Of a stretch of DNA of 64,000 nt, positions 62,541 through 64,000 are shown piece by piece. Below the pieces are notes generated by a model. The model worked only from the letters and a program-made list of their open reading frames with translations, was not told the DNA's origin and did not search any database. Made by a program: the position numbers and the translations under genes. The DNA comes from Candidatus Latescibacterota bacterium (lineage in GTDB: Bacteria; Latescibacterota; UBA2968; GCA-2709665): contig CBDDDZ010000005.1 of NCBI GenBank assembly GCA_965226795.1, forward strand, positions 2,656,001 to 2,720,000. The letters run 5' to 3'. Positions within the stretch are counted from its first letter, which is position 1. Every line of letters starts with the position of its first letter.

Positions 62541-63584
62541 TTAGAACGTGCCGCCCACGGACAGACGCAGGGGCGGTTCGAAAATACCCAGATCAGGGTT
62601 GTGGTAGGAGAGATCCACCGTGATCAACTGACCGCCAGCCAATTCGTGCTTGAGACCCGCCCCGACGCTCCAGCTTTCGAGAGCCGAATGCGTCCGGTAA
62701 CCCGCGCGAAGCGCCAACGTGTTTTCCAGCCAGAGTTCCCCGCCCACGCGGGTAATCGGCCGGAAGTCGGTAACGAACTCGTGCTCGAGCGAAAACGTGA
62801 AGAAGCCCGGATCGCCCTTCTGACCGAATATCTCCATCGCTCCGCCAAGGGAGTACGTGGTGGGCATGGCGGCCGTGAAACCGCCCTCGGTCACCTTCAC
62901 ATTCGGACCCAGGTTCCGGAAACTCATGGCAATCCGGCTGCTGCGATATCCGGTGTAAAAGTGGGTGCCGATGTTGTAGTCGATGGTGGACACCTTCTCC
63001 AGGTAGAGATCTTCCTGCATCCAGCGGATCTGACCGCCCAGCATAAATTTATCGGTCATCTTTTTCGCAAAAACCGCGCCAACGGCAATATCGCCCACCT
63101 GCGCCTTGGTGCCCGTACCCCAAGGCGCCGACGGCGTGGTGACATCGAATTCTTCCGCCGTAAAACTGGTCACTGTAAATCCGATGACCCCGAACCCGGC
63201 ATTGAATGCCAGCGCGCCGGAAACCAGCGAGGAATTGGCCAGCCAGCGGGTATAGTTCAGTGTATAGGCCACGTTTTCGATGTGCCCCAGGCCGGAGGCG
63301 TTCCAGAAGGCGGCCGAAATGTCATCCGCCATGGCCGTATAAGCACCGCCCATGGCCTCGGCGCGGGCTCCCTGGCCGATCTTGAGGAAGGGGAATTCCG
63401 AGAGCCCAACCCGTTCAGCCCACAGGCCCCAGGCCTTGTCTACGTTCTCCATCTTCGGATCGATCAACGCCCCTTTGCGCGTCTCGGCACCGGGCGCCGG
63501 CTGCTCAACCGCCAACGCCGGCTTCACGGAAAGGAGAGCGACGGTCACGAGGACCAACCCCAAGATGATCCATCCTTTTTTCAT
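62541..63584 (-). CDS. PorV/PorQ-like (FadL-superfamily) outer-membrane beta-barrel
   Basis: Signal peptide; FLKIGQGARAEAMGGAYTAMADDISAAFWNASGLG; alternating beta strands; LALRAGY; terminal Phe. RBS AAGGAG. Confidence 0.85.
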   Translation of the reverse strand: MKKGWIILGLVLVTVALLSVKPALAVEQPAPGAETRKGALIDPKMENVDKAWGLWAERVGLSEFPFLKIGQGARAEAMGGAYTAMADDISAAFWNASGLGHIENVAYTLNYTRWLANSSLVSGALAFNAGFGVIGFTVTSFTAEEFDVTTPSAPWGTGTKAQVGDIAVGAVFAKKMTDKFMLGGQIRWMQEDLYLEKVSTIDYNIGTHFYTGYRSSRIAMSFRNLGPNVKVTEGGFTAAMPTTYSLGGAMEIFGQKGDPGFFTFSLEHEFVTDFRPITRVGGELWLENTLALRAGYRTHSALESWSVGAGLKHELAGGQLITVDLSYHNPDLGIFEPPLRLSVGGTF

Positions 63585-63614
63585 AGCGATTCTCCTTAAA
63601 CGTCGCGAGGTTCG

Positions 63615-64000
63615 TTAGCGGATCACCACAAACGTGCCGGTCTTGATCTTACCGGCGCCTGCCGAACCTTCCACTCCGTGCACGGCATAGAAATAGATTC
63701 CCGGGCCGACAATCGCCCGGATGGTCGAATAAGGCCGGCCGTTCCATCTGGTCTCACTGTTTCTTATGCCCTTCTGACGCAGCACTTGGATCAGCTGCCC
63801 GGCGGTATTGAAGATATAAATGTACGAGTTGGAAGGCACGTTTACAAACCGGATACTCAGACCGCCGCCGTACTCGTTGGTCCCGTTGGCCATGTAAGGG
63901 TTCGGGACCACCACGATATCGCGTTCCAACGCGTCCGCGGCCGCTACAAACGGCAACTGCGGGGACCCCCGGTTCACCTGCAGGAAGTTCGAAAACGGCC
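63615..64000 (-). CDS. C-terminus of a protein with a T9SS type A sorting (CTD)-like domain (5'-truncated by window edge)
   Basis: IVVVPNPY...IRFVNVP...IYIFNTAGQLIQVL...WNGR...VGPGIYFYAV...KTGTFVVIR. Confidence 0.8.
   Translation of the reverse strand, partial: PFSNFLQVNRGSPQLPFVAAADALERDIVVVPNPYMANGTNEYGGGLSIRFVNVPSNSYIYIFNTAGQLIQVLRQKGIRNSETRWNGRPYSTIRAIVGPGIYFYAVHGVEGSAGAGKIKTGTFVVIR

Overview
GC-rich bacterial chromosomal segment with about 45 genes and no rRNA, tRNA, CRISPR array or intact transposase that I can see. Gene content suggests an FCB-superphylum organism such as Ca. Latescibacterota, possibly a marine sponge symbiont (inference only): many PhyH-type Fe(II)/2-oxoglutarate oxygenases, heparinase II/III-like lyases, sulfatases, NHL-repeat and dockerin-like EF-hand proteins, GWxTD proteins, and a PorV-like barrel beside a T9SS-CTD-like protein. 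Main blocks: (1) a decaying circularly permuted ATP-grasp / alpha-E / transglutaminase operon with an intact ammonium transporter embedded in it; (2) thiC behind a TPP riboswitch with atypical core positions; (3) a small-molecule tailoring cluster of aminotransferase, 3-hydroxyacyl-CoA dehydrogenase, three PhyH-like enzymes, O-methyltransferase and RraA-like aldolase; (4) a BlaI repressor with two operators and a frameshifted M56-(TonB-C)x3 sensor; (5) a BrnT/BrnA toxin-antitoxin pair; (6) a catabolic island of lyases, hydrolases and oxidoreductases; (7) two GWxTD-variant TPR proteins, a PorV-like barrel and a CTD-bearing cargo gene. The most striking signal is that four of the five PhyH-like proteins have HxA/HxG instead of the HxD/E iron-binding motif, which is the hallmark of radical halogenases. 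All product calls come from motif recognition by eye; no database searches were run.
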